DNA of 20,592 nt from Myxococcota bacterium (GTDB lineage: Bacteria; Myxococcota; XYA12-FULL-58-9; JALHOP01), in assembly GCA_041288095.1 (NCBI GenBank), contig JBGGMJ010000004.1, positions 1-20,592 of the forward strand. Reading direction: 5' to 3'. The notes beneath the pieces are model-generated. The model was not told where the DNA came from, made no database searches, and saw only the letters and a list, made by a program, of their open reading frames with translations. The translations under genes and the position numbers were made by a program. Positions 8,682 to 16,418 of the stretch are shown here, piece by piece (the stretch's first letter is position 1; the number at the start of each line of letters is the position of its first letter).

Positions 8682-8731
8682 GCCGCTAACCTATCGCACC
8701 CGCCGCGCCCTGTTATAGCCTTGGCGGCAAG
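8682..8731. promoter_or_regulatory. Compact divergent promoter region between hrpB and nadB
   Basis: 50-bp gap. Minus strand: ATAACA-N17-TAGGTT, 6 nt before the hrpB ATG. Plus strand: extended -10-like TGTTATAGC at 8711-8719, 12 nt before the nadB GTG. Confidence 0.5.
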
Positions 8732-10288
8732 GTGGCGATCGACGTTGATTTCTTGGTCATCGGCAGCGGCCTAGCAGGCCTCAATGCCGCTCTGCGCCTG
8801 GCCGAGCATGGCCGGGTCGCGGTGGTGACGAAGCGAGGCATCGGCGACAGCAACACCTCCTGGGCCCAAGGCGGCATCGCCAGCGTCGTCGCCCAGGACG
8901 ACAGCATCGAGACGCACCTCGCCGACACCCTCACCGCCGGCGCCGGCCTCTGCAGCGAGGCGGCGGTTCGCTCCATCCTGCAGGACGGACCGCAGGCCAT
9001 CGAACGCTTGGTGCAGCTGGGCGTCGCGTTCGATCGCAACGAAGCCGGCTTCGACCTCACCCGCGAAGGCGGACATAGCAGGCGTCGCGTGCTGCACGCC
9101 GCCGACATGACCGGTCGCGAGATCGCGCGTGCGTTGGAGACACAAGCCGCCGCCGCGAGCGGCGTCACGATCCTGCGCGATCACATCGCTGTCGACCTGG
9201 TCGCGCGCGACGACCGCTGCGTTGGAGCCTACGTCCTCGACTCGACGAGCGGTGACGTCCACACCGTCCGCGCCAAGGCGACGCTGCTCGCCACCGGCGG
9301 CGCCGGCAAGGTCTACCTCTACACGTCGAATCCCGATGTCGCGACCGGCGATGGTGTCGCGATGGCCTACCGAGCGGGCGCGCGTGTCGCCAACATGGAG
9401 TTCTTCCAGTTCCACCCGACCTGCCTCTATCACCCGCACGCTCGCACCTTCTTGATCAGCGAGGCGCTTCGTGGCGAAGGCGGTGTGCTGCGGCGTCGTG
9501 ACGGCACGGCCTTCATGAAAGACGTCCATCCGCTGGGGGACCTCGCGCCGCGTGACATCGTCGCTCGCGCCATCGACCACGAGCTCAAGCGCACCGGCGA
9601 TGACTACGTCGTGCTCGACATGACGAAGCTCGACCCCGCCTTCACGGTGCAGCACTTCCCCAACATTCACGCCACCTGTCTCGCCCTTGGCATCGACATC
9701 ACCAAGACGCCGATCCCGGTGGTACCGGCTGCGCACTACATGTGCGGGGGCGTCCAGACCGACGTGCGGGGAGCCACCAGCATTCGCGGTCTCTGGGCGG
9801 CCGGCGAGGTCGCTTGCACCGGTCTGCACGGCGCCAATCGCTTGGCCTCGAACTCCCTCCTCGAAGCAGCCGTGGTGAGCGAGCGTGCGTCGCGTGACAT
9901 GGCGGGATATGTCCGCGAAAGCGACAGCAGCCCGCGCATCCCCGACTGGGACAGCGGCAAGGCCGTCCATCCCGACGAGCGCATCGTCGTCGCCCACAAT
10001 TGGGACGAGGTCCGTAGAGCCATGTGGAGCTACGTCGGCATCGTGCGCAGCGACAAGCGGCTCGAGCGCGCCGCGAGCCGCTTGCAGGCGTTGGAGCAAG
10101 AGATCCACGAGTACTATTGGAACGTGCGCGTCTTCCACGACCTCCTCGAGCTACGCAACATCGCGACGGTCGCGTCGCTGATCGTCCGCTCGGCGCGGCA
10201 GCGACGGGAGAGCCGCGGGCTGCACTTCAACCTCGATGTCCCCGAGACCCGCTCGGATTGGCAACGCGACACGGTGCTGCAACGATGA
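8732..10288 (+). CDS. nadB: L-aspartate oxidase
   Basis: FAD motif VIGSGLAGL, SNTSWAQGGIA, TREGGHSRRRVLHAADMTG, LATGGAG, NMEFFQFHPT, LISEALRGEG, LAPRDIVARAID, PAAHYMCGG, GLHGANRLASNSLLEA, RRESRGLH. GTG start. Confidence 0.97.
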   Translation: MAIDVDFLVIGSGLAGLNAALRLAEHGRVAVVTKRGIGDSNTSWAQGGIASVVAQDDSIETHLADTLTAGAGLCSEAAVRSILQDGPQAIERLVQLGVAFDRNEAGFDLTREGGHSRRRVLHAADMTGREIARALETQAAAASGVTILRDHIAVDLVARDDRCVGAYVLDSTSGDVHTVRAKATLLATGGAGKVYLYTSNPDVATGDGVAMAYRAGARVANMEFFQFHPTCLYHPHARTFLISEALRGEGGVLRRRDGTAFMKDVHPLGDLAPRDIVARAIDHELKRTGDDYVVLDMTKLDPAFTVQHFPNIHATCLALGIDITKTPIPVVPAAHYMCGGVQTDVRGATSIRGLWAAGEVACTGLHGANRLASNSLLEAAVVSERASRDMAGYVRESDSSPRIPDWDSGKAVHPDERIVVAHNWDEVRRAMWSYVGIVRSDKRLERAASRLQALEQEIHEYYWNVRVFHDLLELRNIATVASLIVRSARQRRESRGLHFNLDVPETRSDWQRDTVLQR

Positions 10289-10863
10289 ACATCGCCGTCG
10301 CGGTCGTCGCCATGCTGCTGGCGGACCTGTACACGTTCGTCGACGAGCAAGGTGTCGTTCACTTCACCAACGTCCCCAGCGATCCGCGCTACAAGTTGGT
10401 GCCGGGGACGCAAAACACCTTCGCGAACCCCGAGAGACCGGTGCTCATGCACCGGGTCGACATCGCGAAATACGACGGCTTCATTCGCGACGCCGCGACC
10501 TACTACTCGCTCCCCTTCGAGCTCGTAAAAGCGGTGGTCTGCGCCGAATCGGGCTTCGAGCCCCGCGCCGTCTCACCGGTGGGCGCCCAAGGTCTCATGC
10601 AACTGATGCCGGCGACCGCCAAGGAGATGTCGGTCAGCGACCCCTTCGACCCCCGGGACAACATCTTCGGCGGCGCTCGCTACTTGCGTTACCTGGTCAA
10701 CCTGTTCAAAGGAGACGTGCGACTGTCCGTCGCCGCTTACAACGCGGGGCCGGAGCTCGTTGGCCGGCGCGCCGACGTGCCGAACATCGAGGAAACGCGC
10801 ACCTACGTGAAACGCGTCATGGCCTTCTACCACTACTACCTTACGGGCTCGGCGGCGCAGTAA
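10285..10863 (+). CDS. Soluble lytic transglycosylase (SLT domain) with N-terminal signal/DUF4124-like segment, 192 aa
   Basis: The likely start is the ATG at 10285, overlapping the nadB stop (ATGA). Short hydrophobic leader, then DLYTFVDEQGVVHFTNVP (DUF4124-like), catalytic AESGF, GAQGLMQLMPATA, AAYNAG and ETRTYV. Confidence 0.93.
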   Translation: MNIAVAVVAMLLADLYTFVDEQGVVHFTNVPSDPRYKLVPGTQNTFANPERPVLMHRVDIAKYDGFIRDAATYYSLPFELVKAVVCAESGFEPRAVSPVGAQGLMQLMPATAKEMSVSDPFDPRDNIFGGARYLRYLVNLFKGDVRLSVAAYNAGPELVGRRADVPNIEETRTYVKRVMAFYHYYLTGSAAQ

Positions 10864-10865
10864 CC

Positions 10866-11453
10866 ATGTGGACTCTCCCGAACGTCCTGACCATGGCGCG
10901 CCTCGCCTTCCTGCCGCTCATCCTCGCGTTGGTGTGGCCGGGCATCGAGAGCCGCACGACCTGTGTCTGGGCCGGCATCATCTACGGCATCGCCGGGGTC
11001 ACTGATCTGCTCGACGGGATGTTGGCGCGCCGGCTCGGCCAGGTGACGGTGATAGGCAAGTTCCTCGATCCGCTGTCGGACAAGGTCTTCTACCTGGTGA
11101 CCATGCTCGCCCTCTTGCAGCTCCCCGGGCCGCGCATCCCCTTGTGGGTGGTGATGGTCGTCTTGGTGCGTGAGCTCGCGATCACCGGCCTGCGCGCTAT
11201 CGCGGTCACCGAGGGCATCGTCATCGCGGCCGGCGAGGGCGGCAAGATGAAAACGACCTTCGCGACCATCGGCATGACGCTGTTGCTCGCGCATTACCCC
11301 TTCGTCATTCAGTTCGGCTTCACGGCGGTGCAGATCAACTTCCACCTCGTCGGTTTGTGGGTGACGTACGTCTCGGTCGCCGCGTCGGTGCTGTCTGGCT
11401 TCGGCTACATCCGCGGGTTCGCGACCGCGTTGAAGGCGAAGCCGGCGACGTGA
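10866..11453 (+). CDS. pgsA: CDP-diacylglycerol--glycerol-3-phosphate 3-phosphatidyltransferase, 195 aa
   Basis: ATG at 10866, 2 nt after the SLT stop. LPNVLTMAR, CDP-alcohol phosphotransferase motif TDLLDGMLARRLGQVTVIGKFLDPLSDK, RELAITGLR, GKMKT, and several hydrophobic helices. Confidence 0.93.
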   Translation: MWTLPNVLTMARLAFLPLILALVWPGIESRTTCVWAGIIYGIAGVTDLLDGMLARRLGQVTVIGKFLDPLSDKVFYLVTMLALLQLPGPRIPLWVVMVVLVRELAITGLRAIAVTEGIVIAAGEGGKMKTTFATIGMTLLLAHYPFVIQFGFTAVQINFHLVGLWVTYVSVAASVLSGFGYIRGFATALKAKPAT

Positions 11454-12490
11454 GTCCGCTCAAGCGTTTCGAGCGCTTCGGCAGGCGGCTCCTGGTGGCG
11501 TGTCTCTCCCGCGTCCTCGGAGCGCGGCAACGCGAGGTGAGCGTTCGCGCGGCGGCGCGCATTCTCGTGGTGCGCCTGGACGAGCGCGTCGGTAACCTCG
11601 TGCTGCTGACGCCGCTGCTGTCGACCCTGCGGGCGCGCTTTCCCAAGGCCGTCATCGACGTACTGGGTTACGCCAAGACCCGCGTGCTGCTCGAGCGCCA
11701 TCCGGCGGTTAGCGAAATCCTCGCTTTCGACAAGCGGGCACTGTCGAGTCCGCGTGGACCGCTGCGCATCTTCGCCTTCCTGCGGCGCAGGCGTTACGAC
11801 CTGGCCATCGACGCGGCAAACCCCACGGACCCCTCGTTCACCCAAGCCTTGGTGACGCGCTTCTCGGGCGCCGAGCACACCATCGGCTCTGCGTTCGGCG
11901 ACTTCGCGCGCCTCTACAGCGCTCCCGCGACCATCGTCGACGACGGCAAGACGCACGAGGTCGATCTACGGTTGCAGCTCTTGGGCCCGATTCCCGGCGA
12001 CGGCTTGGTGCGGGTGACCGGCATCGATCTCGGGGGGCCGAGCGACGAGGTGCGCCGGTTCATCAGCGAAGCAGGCAGCTACGCGGTCTTGAATCTCGGT
12101 GCGCGCGTGCGCGAAAAGTGGCTGCCCGCGGCGGATTACATCGCGCTCGCCAACGCTATGGCGGACCACGGCGCGCGCTGCGTGCTCACCTGGGGCCCAC
12201 AAGAACGCGAGCTCGCCGAGACCGTCCGAGCCGCCGCAAGAGACGGCCTCATGGCACCCCCAACGACCCTCGCGGATCTCGCCGCCATCTTGAAGAGCGC
12301 CCGCTACGTCGTCACCTGCGACACCGGCCCCATGCACATCGCAGTCGCGGTCGGCACCCCAACCTGCGCCATCTTCGTTAGCACCGACCCAGCGCGCTAC
12401 GGCTATCACGACGGTCCACATCTCTCGGTGAGCAGCAGCGATCCCATCTGGCGGGCGAAAGTGGGCAACTGGCTTAAATGGGGACACTAA
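11450..12490 (+). CDS. Glycosyltransferase family 9 (ADP-heptose:LPS heptosyltransferase-like), 346 aa
   Basis: GTG at 11450 overlaps the pgsA stop (GTGA). RILVVRLDERVGNLVLLTPLL, LRRRRYDLAID, NLGA..KW, LADLAAILKSARYVVTCDTGPMHIAVAVGTPTCAIF. Confidence 0.92.
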   Translation: MSPLKRFERFGRRLLVACLSRVLGARQREVSVRAAARILVVRLDERVGNLVLLTPLLSTLRARFPKAVIDVLGYAKTRVLLERHPAVSEILAFDKRALSSPRGPLRIFAFLRRRRYDLAIDAANPTDPSFTQALVTRFSGAEHTIGSAFGDFARLYSAPATIVDDGKTHEVDLRLQLLGPIPGDGLVRVTGIDLGGPSDEVRRFISEAGSYAVLNLGARVREKWLPAADYIALANAMADHGARCVLTWGPQERELAETVRAAARDGLMAPPTTLADLAAILKSARYVVTCDTGPMHIAVAVGTPTCAIFVSTDPARYGYHDGPHLSVSSSDPIWRAKVGNWLKWGH

Positions 12491-12546
12491 CCATTTTCGC
12501 TTTGGCGATAGATCTGCGCTGGAAAATGGTTAGTGTCCCCATTTAA
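12474..12546. repeat. Perfect 25-bp inverted repeat with a 23-nt spacer (REP/MITE-like; possible bidirectional terminator)
   Basis: TTAAATGGGGACACTAACCATTTTC (12474-12498) and its exact reverse complement GAAAATGGTTAGTGTCCCCATTTAA (12522-12546), between convergent genes. AT-rich relative to the surroundings. Confidence 0.9.
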
Positions 12547-12564
12547 AAGCTGGCTCGCGAGCAG

Positions 12565-13044
12565 CTACGTGGGCCCGAGCTTCTTCTCGTTGTCCTTCAC
12601 GCGCGCGGCCATGAGGGTGGCGAGCATGCGGCCGAGCTTGGCGTCGCGCTCGGCGAGACTGCGCACCAGGTTGCCTGGGACGCGCACGAGGCGCACGTCG
12701 GTTTGGCAGACCACCGTGGCGCTGCGAGGTTGCTCGGTGAGCACCGCGGTTTCGCCGAAGACCGCGGGTCGCTCGAGGGTCGCGACTTCGATGAACTCGC
12801 TGCCGTTGCGCTTGCAGATGGCGACGCTGCCTTCGAGGATGAAATAGAGTGCGTTGTCGTGGTCGCCCTCGACGAGCACCACCTGCGCCGCGTCGTAGGC
12901 CACCACCTCACCCTGCGCGATCAGCTCGTCACAGAGCGGAGTCGGTAGGTCGCGGCAGAGCGACGAGGATTGGATGAACGCCATGGCGCCGATGTCGGAG
13001 GCCAAGGGGCCGGTCGTGTGAGGCTTGTCAGCCAGTCCAGTCAC
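12565..13044 (-). CDS. Stand-alone cyclic nucleotide-binding (cNMP/CAP_ED) domain protein
   Basis: VVLVEGDHDNALYFILEGSVAI and phosphate-binding cassette FGETAVLTEQPRSATV. No HTH follows. The start is uncertain: GTG 13044 (favoured by promoter geometry) or ATG 12984. Confidence 0.88.
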   Translation of the reverse strand: MTGLADKPHTTGPLASDIGAMAFIQSSSLCRDLPTPLCDELIAQGEVVAYDAAQVVLVEGDHDNALYFILEGSVAICKRNGSEFIEVATLERPAVFGETAVLTEQPRSATVVCQTDVRLVRVPGNLVRSLAERDAKLGRMLATLMAARVKDNEKKLGPT

Positions 13045-13050
13045 GCGGCA

Positions 13051-13079
13051 AGCGTAGCCCAACCTGGGTGCGGCGGCAA
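13051..13079 (-). promoter_or_regulatory. Putative sigma70-type promoter of the cNMP gene
   Basis: Minus strand TTGCCG (13079-13074)-N17-TACGCT (13056-13051), followed after 6 nt by the in-frame GTG at 13044. Confidence 0.5.
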
Positions 13080-13126
13080 AAACCTCAATGGACCCCGGAG
13101 CCTAGATTCGGTAGCTAGGGGCGCCC

Positions 13127-15676
13127 ATGGACACACTGCAGGCCTTCCTGGCGCGGCGCGGTAACGCTTTCTGGTCGCTCGTCCTCGTCGCGATTGGGGC
13201 GCTGATTTTCCTGCCTCGCTTGGGCTCCTATCCGCTCTGGGACCCCTGGGAGCCGCACTATCTGCAGGTCGCCTGGGAGATGCAGGACCGCGGCACGTGG
13301 ATGAACCCGTGGTACCGCGGTGAGGACAACTGGTGGTCGAAGCCCATTCTCCTCCTCTGGGTGATCCGCGCCGGCACCGCGGCACTCTGGGATCCGCTCT
13401 CGAATTTCCCCAACCATGAGCTCGCGGCGCGTCTTCCCTTCGCGTTGATCGCCATCGGCGGCGGTGTCCTGCAGTTCGATTGGGTGCGCCGCTTGTACGG
13501 CCGCACCGCGGGCTTCATCGCCGGGCTCGTGCTGGTGACGGCGCCGCAATACGTGGTCATCGGCCGCCAGGTGATGATCGACGTGACCTTCGTCGTCACC
13601 TACGCCGCCTCGCTCGGTTATCTCGCGGTCGGCCTGTTCACGCCGCGCCCAGAGCTCGCTCCCGCGGACGCTCCCAAGGCGACACGTGTCCGCGCGTGGC
13701 TCGCGCGCGAGTGGCCCTTCGTCGCCTTCTGGTCGCTCGAAGCCGTGTCGCTGCTCGCCAAGGGCTTCGTGTCGCAGACCCTCGTGGTCATCGTCATTGC
13801 CGGTTACACCATCGCGACCTTCCGCTGGCGCGACTACGCGAGCGAGCCGGAGTGGACGAACGCCACCCGGGACGGTTCCTGGAAGCGCTACCTCATGGTG
13901 CGCGGTGGCCTCGCGCTCGTCGTGCTCGGCGCCGGCGTCGTTGCGTGTGTGGTGCTGCCGAAGGGCCTCCAGCGCGATCAACGACATCTCTACCAGGCGC
14001 TACTGCTGGGCCCAGCGGTGCTCGTGACCGCTTTAGCGGTGTTTCGCGAGTTTCCTTTTTCGCGGCACGTCTTGAACGTGCTGGCGCGGGTGCGCGTGAG
14101 CTGGGGTCTGCCACTGTTCCTCGCGGTCGGCGCGCCCTGGTACGTCTACATGACGTTCAAGCACGGCTGGCCCTACTGGAACGAGTTCATCTTCTATCAC
14201 CACTTAGGCCGGGCCGCGGGCACCATCGACAAGCCGGGCAACACCTTCGATTACTTCGTGCGTCAGCTCGCGTATGCGCTCTTCCCTTGGTCCGCTTTCG
14301 CGTTGCCGGCGCTTTGGCAGTTCGTGACGCGCGCGAGTCCGTTCCGCAGCGTCGCCGAACGTCGCAACTTCTTCATGTTGATCGCCATTGCCCTACCCTT
14401 CCTCTTCTTCGGGCTATCGGGCACCAAGTTCGCGCACTACATCTTCCCGGTCGTGCCGATCCTCGGCGCCGTGCTCGCGGTCGGCATTACCTGGCTCGGC
14501 AAGGAGCGTGACGACACGGTCGTGCTCGGCGAGAGCGGCCCGCCGATCGGCCCCAAGGTGCCGGATACGTTTCCCGAGAGCCCGTGGTGGGAGCGCGACG
14601 GCGCGCGCGGTGACCTCATCGTCATCGTCATGGTGACGCTCGTCTGCTTCGGCGTCTTCTCGTACGATCTGGTCTCCGACTTCCGCTACGTGCTGCGCCT
14701 GTTCATCTACTATTGGAACCGCGCAACGCCTTCCGAATACCAGCCGTTCATCGCCCTGCAGTACTTCACCTTCCCGCTCGGCATCACGCTCGGAGCCCTA
14801 TTGCTCTCGCGCTGGGTGACGCGCGTCCACGTCGCGGTGTTCGGCTTCTTCGCGATTGGTCTCGCGGCCTACTATTCGTGGGTGATGATGCCCGCGATGA
14901 AAGACACGTACACGTACAAGCCGCTCTACACCGCGGCGATGACGCTGGCGAAGCCCGACGAGCCCATCGGTCAGTACAACGATTGGCAGCAGCCCGAGCG
15001 CTCGGTGATCTTTCTCTTCCAGAATCGCTGCCAACATCTGTCGACCGACAAGAAGGCCGAGGCCTTTCTGCGCGGCACCGGCCGCAAGTTCATCGTCGTC
15101 GACAACAGCAAGCTCGCGGCCCTGCGGCGCGTCGCCGCCAAGGTCAACGAGAAGCTCTACATCGTCAACAAGGACCACCCGTACGGGCTCTTGGTGTCGA
15201 ACGTCCCCAACGCGGAGGACGTCGCGCAGCTCAAGACCGCCATCATGACGTCCGCTCCAGAAGACATGATCAAGGTGGGCGCCGAGCTCGACGGCAAGGT
15301 GCGCCTCTTGGGTTACAAGGCGTCGACGCTGACCCCGACGCGCGGCGAGACCGTGACCGTCGACTACTACTACGAGGCGCTGCAGCTCATCGACGAGGAC
15401 TGGCAGGTCTTCGTGCACGCCGACGGCACCCGCGGCAATTCTCACCGCATCGGCCTCGATCACTACCCGCTCGGCGGTCTGCACCCGACGAACGAGTGGC
15501 AGGTGGGCGAGATCGTGCGTGACACCTTCGAGGTCAAGGTGCCGGGCGGCTATCCCTACGACGCGATCACCCTGTGGACCGGCATGTACAGCACGACACG
15601 GCGCATGGAGATCACGGCGGGCCCGAGCGACGGGGACAACCGGATCCGCACGGTACGGCTGTCGATCGCGAAGTAG
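13127..15676 (+). CDS. GT-C fold glycosyltransferase (ArnT/PMT-like, GT83/GT39) with C-terminal soluble Ig-like domain, 849 aa
   Basis: LWDPWEPHYLQVAWEM, WWSKPILLLW, ELAARLPFAL, GRQVMIDV, LLAKG, APWYVYM, TKFAHYIFPVVP, and many TM helices. C-terminal beta domain VRLLGY...WQVFVH...DHYP...WQVGEIVRD...LWTGMY. AGGGG RBS-like tract before the ATG. Confidence 0.9.
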   Translation: MDTLQAFLARRGNAFWSLVLVAIGALIFLPRLGSYPLWDPWEPHYLQVAWEMQDRGTWMNPWYRGEDNWWSKPILLLWVIRAGTAALWDPLSNFPNHELAARLPFALIAIGGGVLQFDWVRRLYGRTAGFIAGLVLVTAPQYVVIGRQVMIDVTFVVTYAASLGYLAVGLFTPRPELAPADAPKATRVRAWLAREWPFVAFWSLEAVSLLAKGFVSQTLVVIVIAGYTIATFRWRDYASEPEWTNATRDGSWKRYLMVRGGLALVVLGAGVVACVVLPKGLQRDQRHLYQALLLGPAVLVTALAVFREFPFSRHVLNVLARVRVSWGLPLFLAVGAPWYVYMTFKHGWPYWNEFIFYHHLGRAAGTIDKPGNTFDYFVRQLAYALFPWSAFALPALWQFVTRASPFRSVAERRNFFMLIAIALPFLFFGLSGTKFAHYIFPVVPILGAVLAVGITWLGKERDDTVVLGESGPPIGPKVPDTFPESPWWERDGARGDLIVIVMVTLVCFGVFSYDLVSDFRYVLRLFIYYWNRATPSEYQPFIALQYFTFPLGITLGALLLSRWVTRVHVAVFGFFAIGLAAYYSWVMMPAMKDTYTYKPLYTAAMTLAKPDEPIGQYNDWQQPERSVIFLFQNRCQHLSTDKKAEAFLRGTGRKFIVVDNSKLAALRRVAAKVNEKLYIVNKDHPYGLLVSNVPNAEDVAQLKTAIMTSAPEDMIKVGAELDGKVRLLGYKASTLTPTRGETVTVDYYYEALQLIDEDWQVFVHADGTRGNSHRIGLDHYPLGGLHPTNEWQVGEIVRDTFEVKVPGGYPYDAITLWTGMYSTTRRMEITAGPSDGDNRIRTVRLSIAK

Positions 15677-15714
15677 GGACGCTAGCCGGTTCGGGACCCC
15701 TGACATCGCGTCGG

Positions 15715-15741
15715 GCAACCAAGGCCGAGGACGAGCGAAAA
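15715..15741 (+). promoter_or_regulatory. Putative alternative-sigma promoter, site 3
   Basis: GCAAC-N14-AGCGAAAA, 37 nt before the ATG at 15779. Same spacing as sites 1 and 2. Confidence 0.5.
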
Positions 15742-15778
15742 CTAGCATTGTCCGATCCGACAAGGGACCTCTGCGAAA

Positions 15779-16408
15779 ATGCTCGACACCTCGTTTACCC
15801 AACGCTTCCCGCCGAACAGCATCGACGTCAAACGGCCATTCATGGACACGGTGTGGCAGAGCTCCGAGACCGAGACCGTCGCGCGCAACATCGTGATCAT
15901 CGCGCGCAAAGATGGCGCCTGGCGCCCCTTCAGCGAGCAGGACTACGAGAGCGGCTGCCAGCACGTCACGACCCCGCGGGACTACGCGGTTCTGCGCAAG
16001 CTCGGACAGGGCGGCTATCTCGACCGGGATGGTGAGCGTTACCGTGTCAACGACCTGTTCATCCGGGTGCTCTCGCGCTGGCTCACTCCCGAAGCGCTGG
16101 CACCGAACGCCGGCGAGGCCGTGCAGCTTCGCCATCTGGATACCTTCCGAAAAGCGCTGGCCGCCGATCGCTTTCAGGTCGGAGACGAGGGTGGTCCGGT
16201 TGTTGGTCGGCTAAGCGTGCGCGCCAACGCCTACGTGCTCGGCACAGTTGGGCTCGTTCAGCGGAGCGACGGTCTCGCAGCAGTGGCCTACGCTCCCGGC
16301 GGCGACCATGAGCTCTTTCAACGCGCGGTGAGCGTCCTTCGCGACGCCGCGGCCGCGACCGGCGTTTCCTTCGAGGCCCAGATCGGCGGCAAATCCCCGT
16401 TCGCCTAG
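15779..16408 (+). CDS. Hypothetical protein (209 aa), possibly with a winged-helix-like N-terminal domain
   Basis: Fills the gap between the GT-C gene and kamA. AAGGGA RBS-like site upstream and GC3 bias. LRKLGQGGYLDRDGERYRVND resembles a helix plus wing. Confidence 0.75.
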   Translation: MLDTSFTQRFPPNSIDVKRPFMDTVWQSSETETVARNIVIIARKDGAWRPFSEQDYESGCQHVTTPRDYAVLRKLGQGGYLDRDGERYRVNDLFIRVLSRWLTPEALAPNAGEAVQLRHLDTFRKALAADRFQVGDEGGPVVGRLSVRANAYVLGTVGLVQRSDGLAAVAYAPGGDHELFQRAVSVLRDAAAATGVSFEAQIGGKSPFA

Positions 16409-16418
16409 CGATACGGCT

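Noticed and set aside
8771-10138. 455-aa minus-strand ORF
   Set aside because: Antisense shadow of nadB with no motifs.
10024-11449. Extended N-termini in the ORF track for SLT (10024), pgsA (10236) and GT9 (11357)
   Set aside because: The extensions overlap upstream genes and read as Arg-rich nonsense. Coupled starts at 10285, 10866 and 11450 fit better. This is not evidence of frameshifts or fusions.
12474-12546. Inverted repeat considered as a CRISPR repeat or integron attC site
   Set aside because: Only two arms, in inverted orientation, with no direct repeat-spacer array. The perfect arms lack attC extrahelical bases and no integrase is present.
12548-12566. Palindrome AGCT-g-GCTCGCGAGC-AGCT beside the large inverted repeat
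   Set aside because: Short GC-rich palindromes built from CTCGAG/CGCG-type words are frequent throughout this window, so it is not distinguishable from background.
13059-13084. CCAAC upstream of the GT-C gene as a fourth copy of the shared motif
   Set aside because: There is no CGAWA at the required spacing (it reads AAAAACCT).
14798-16135. 445-aa minus-strand ORF
   Set aside because: Antisense to the GT-C gene and the 209-aa ORF, with no recognisable features.
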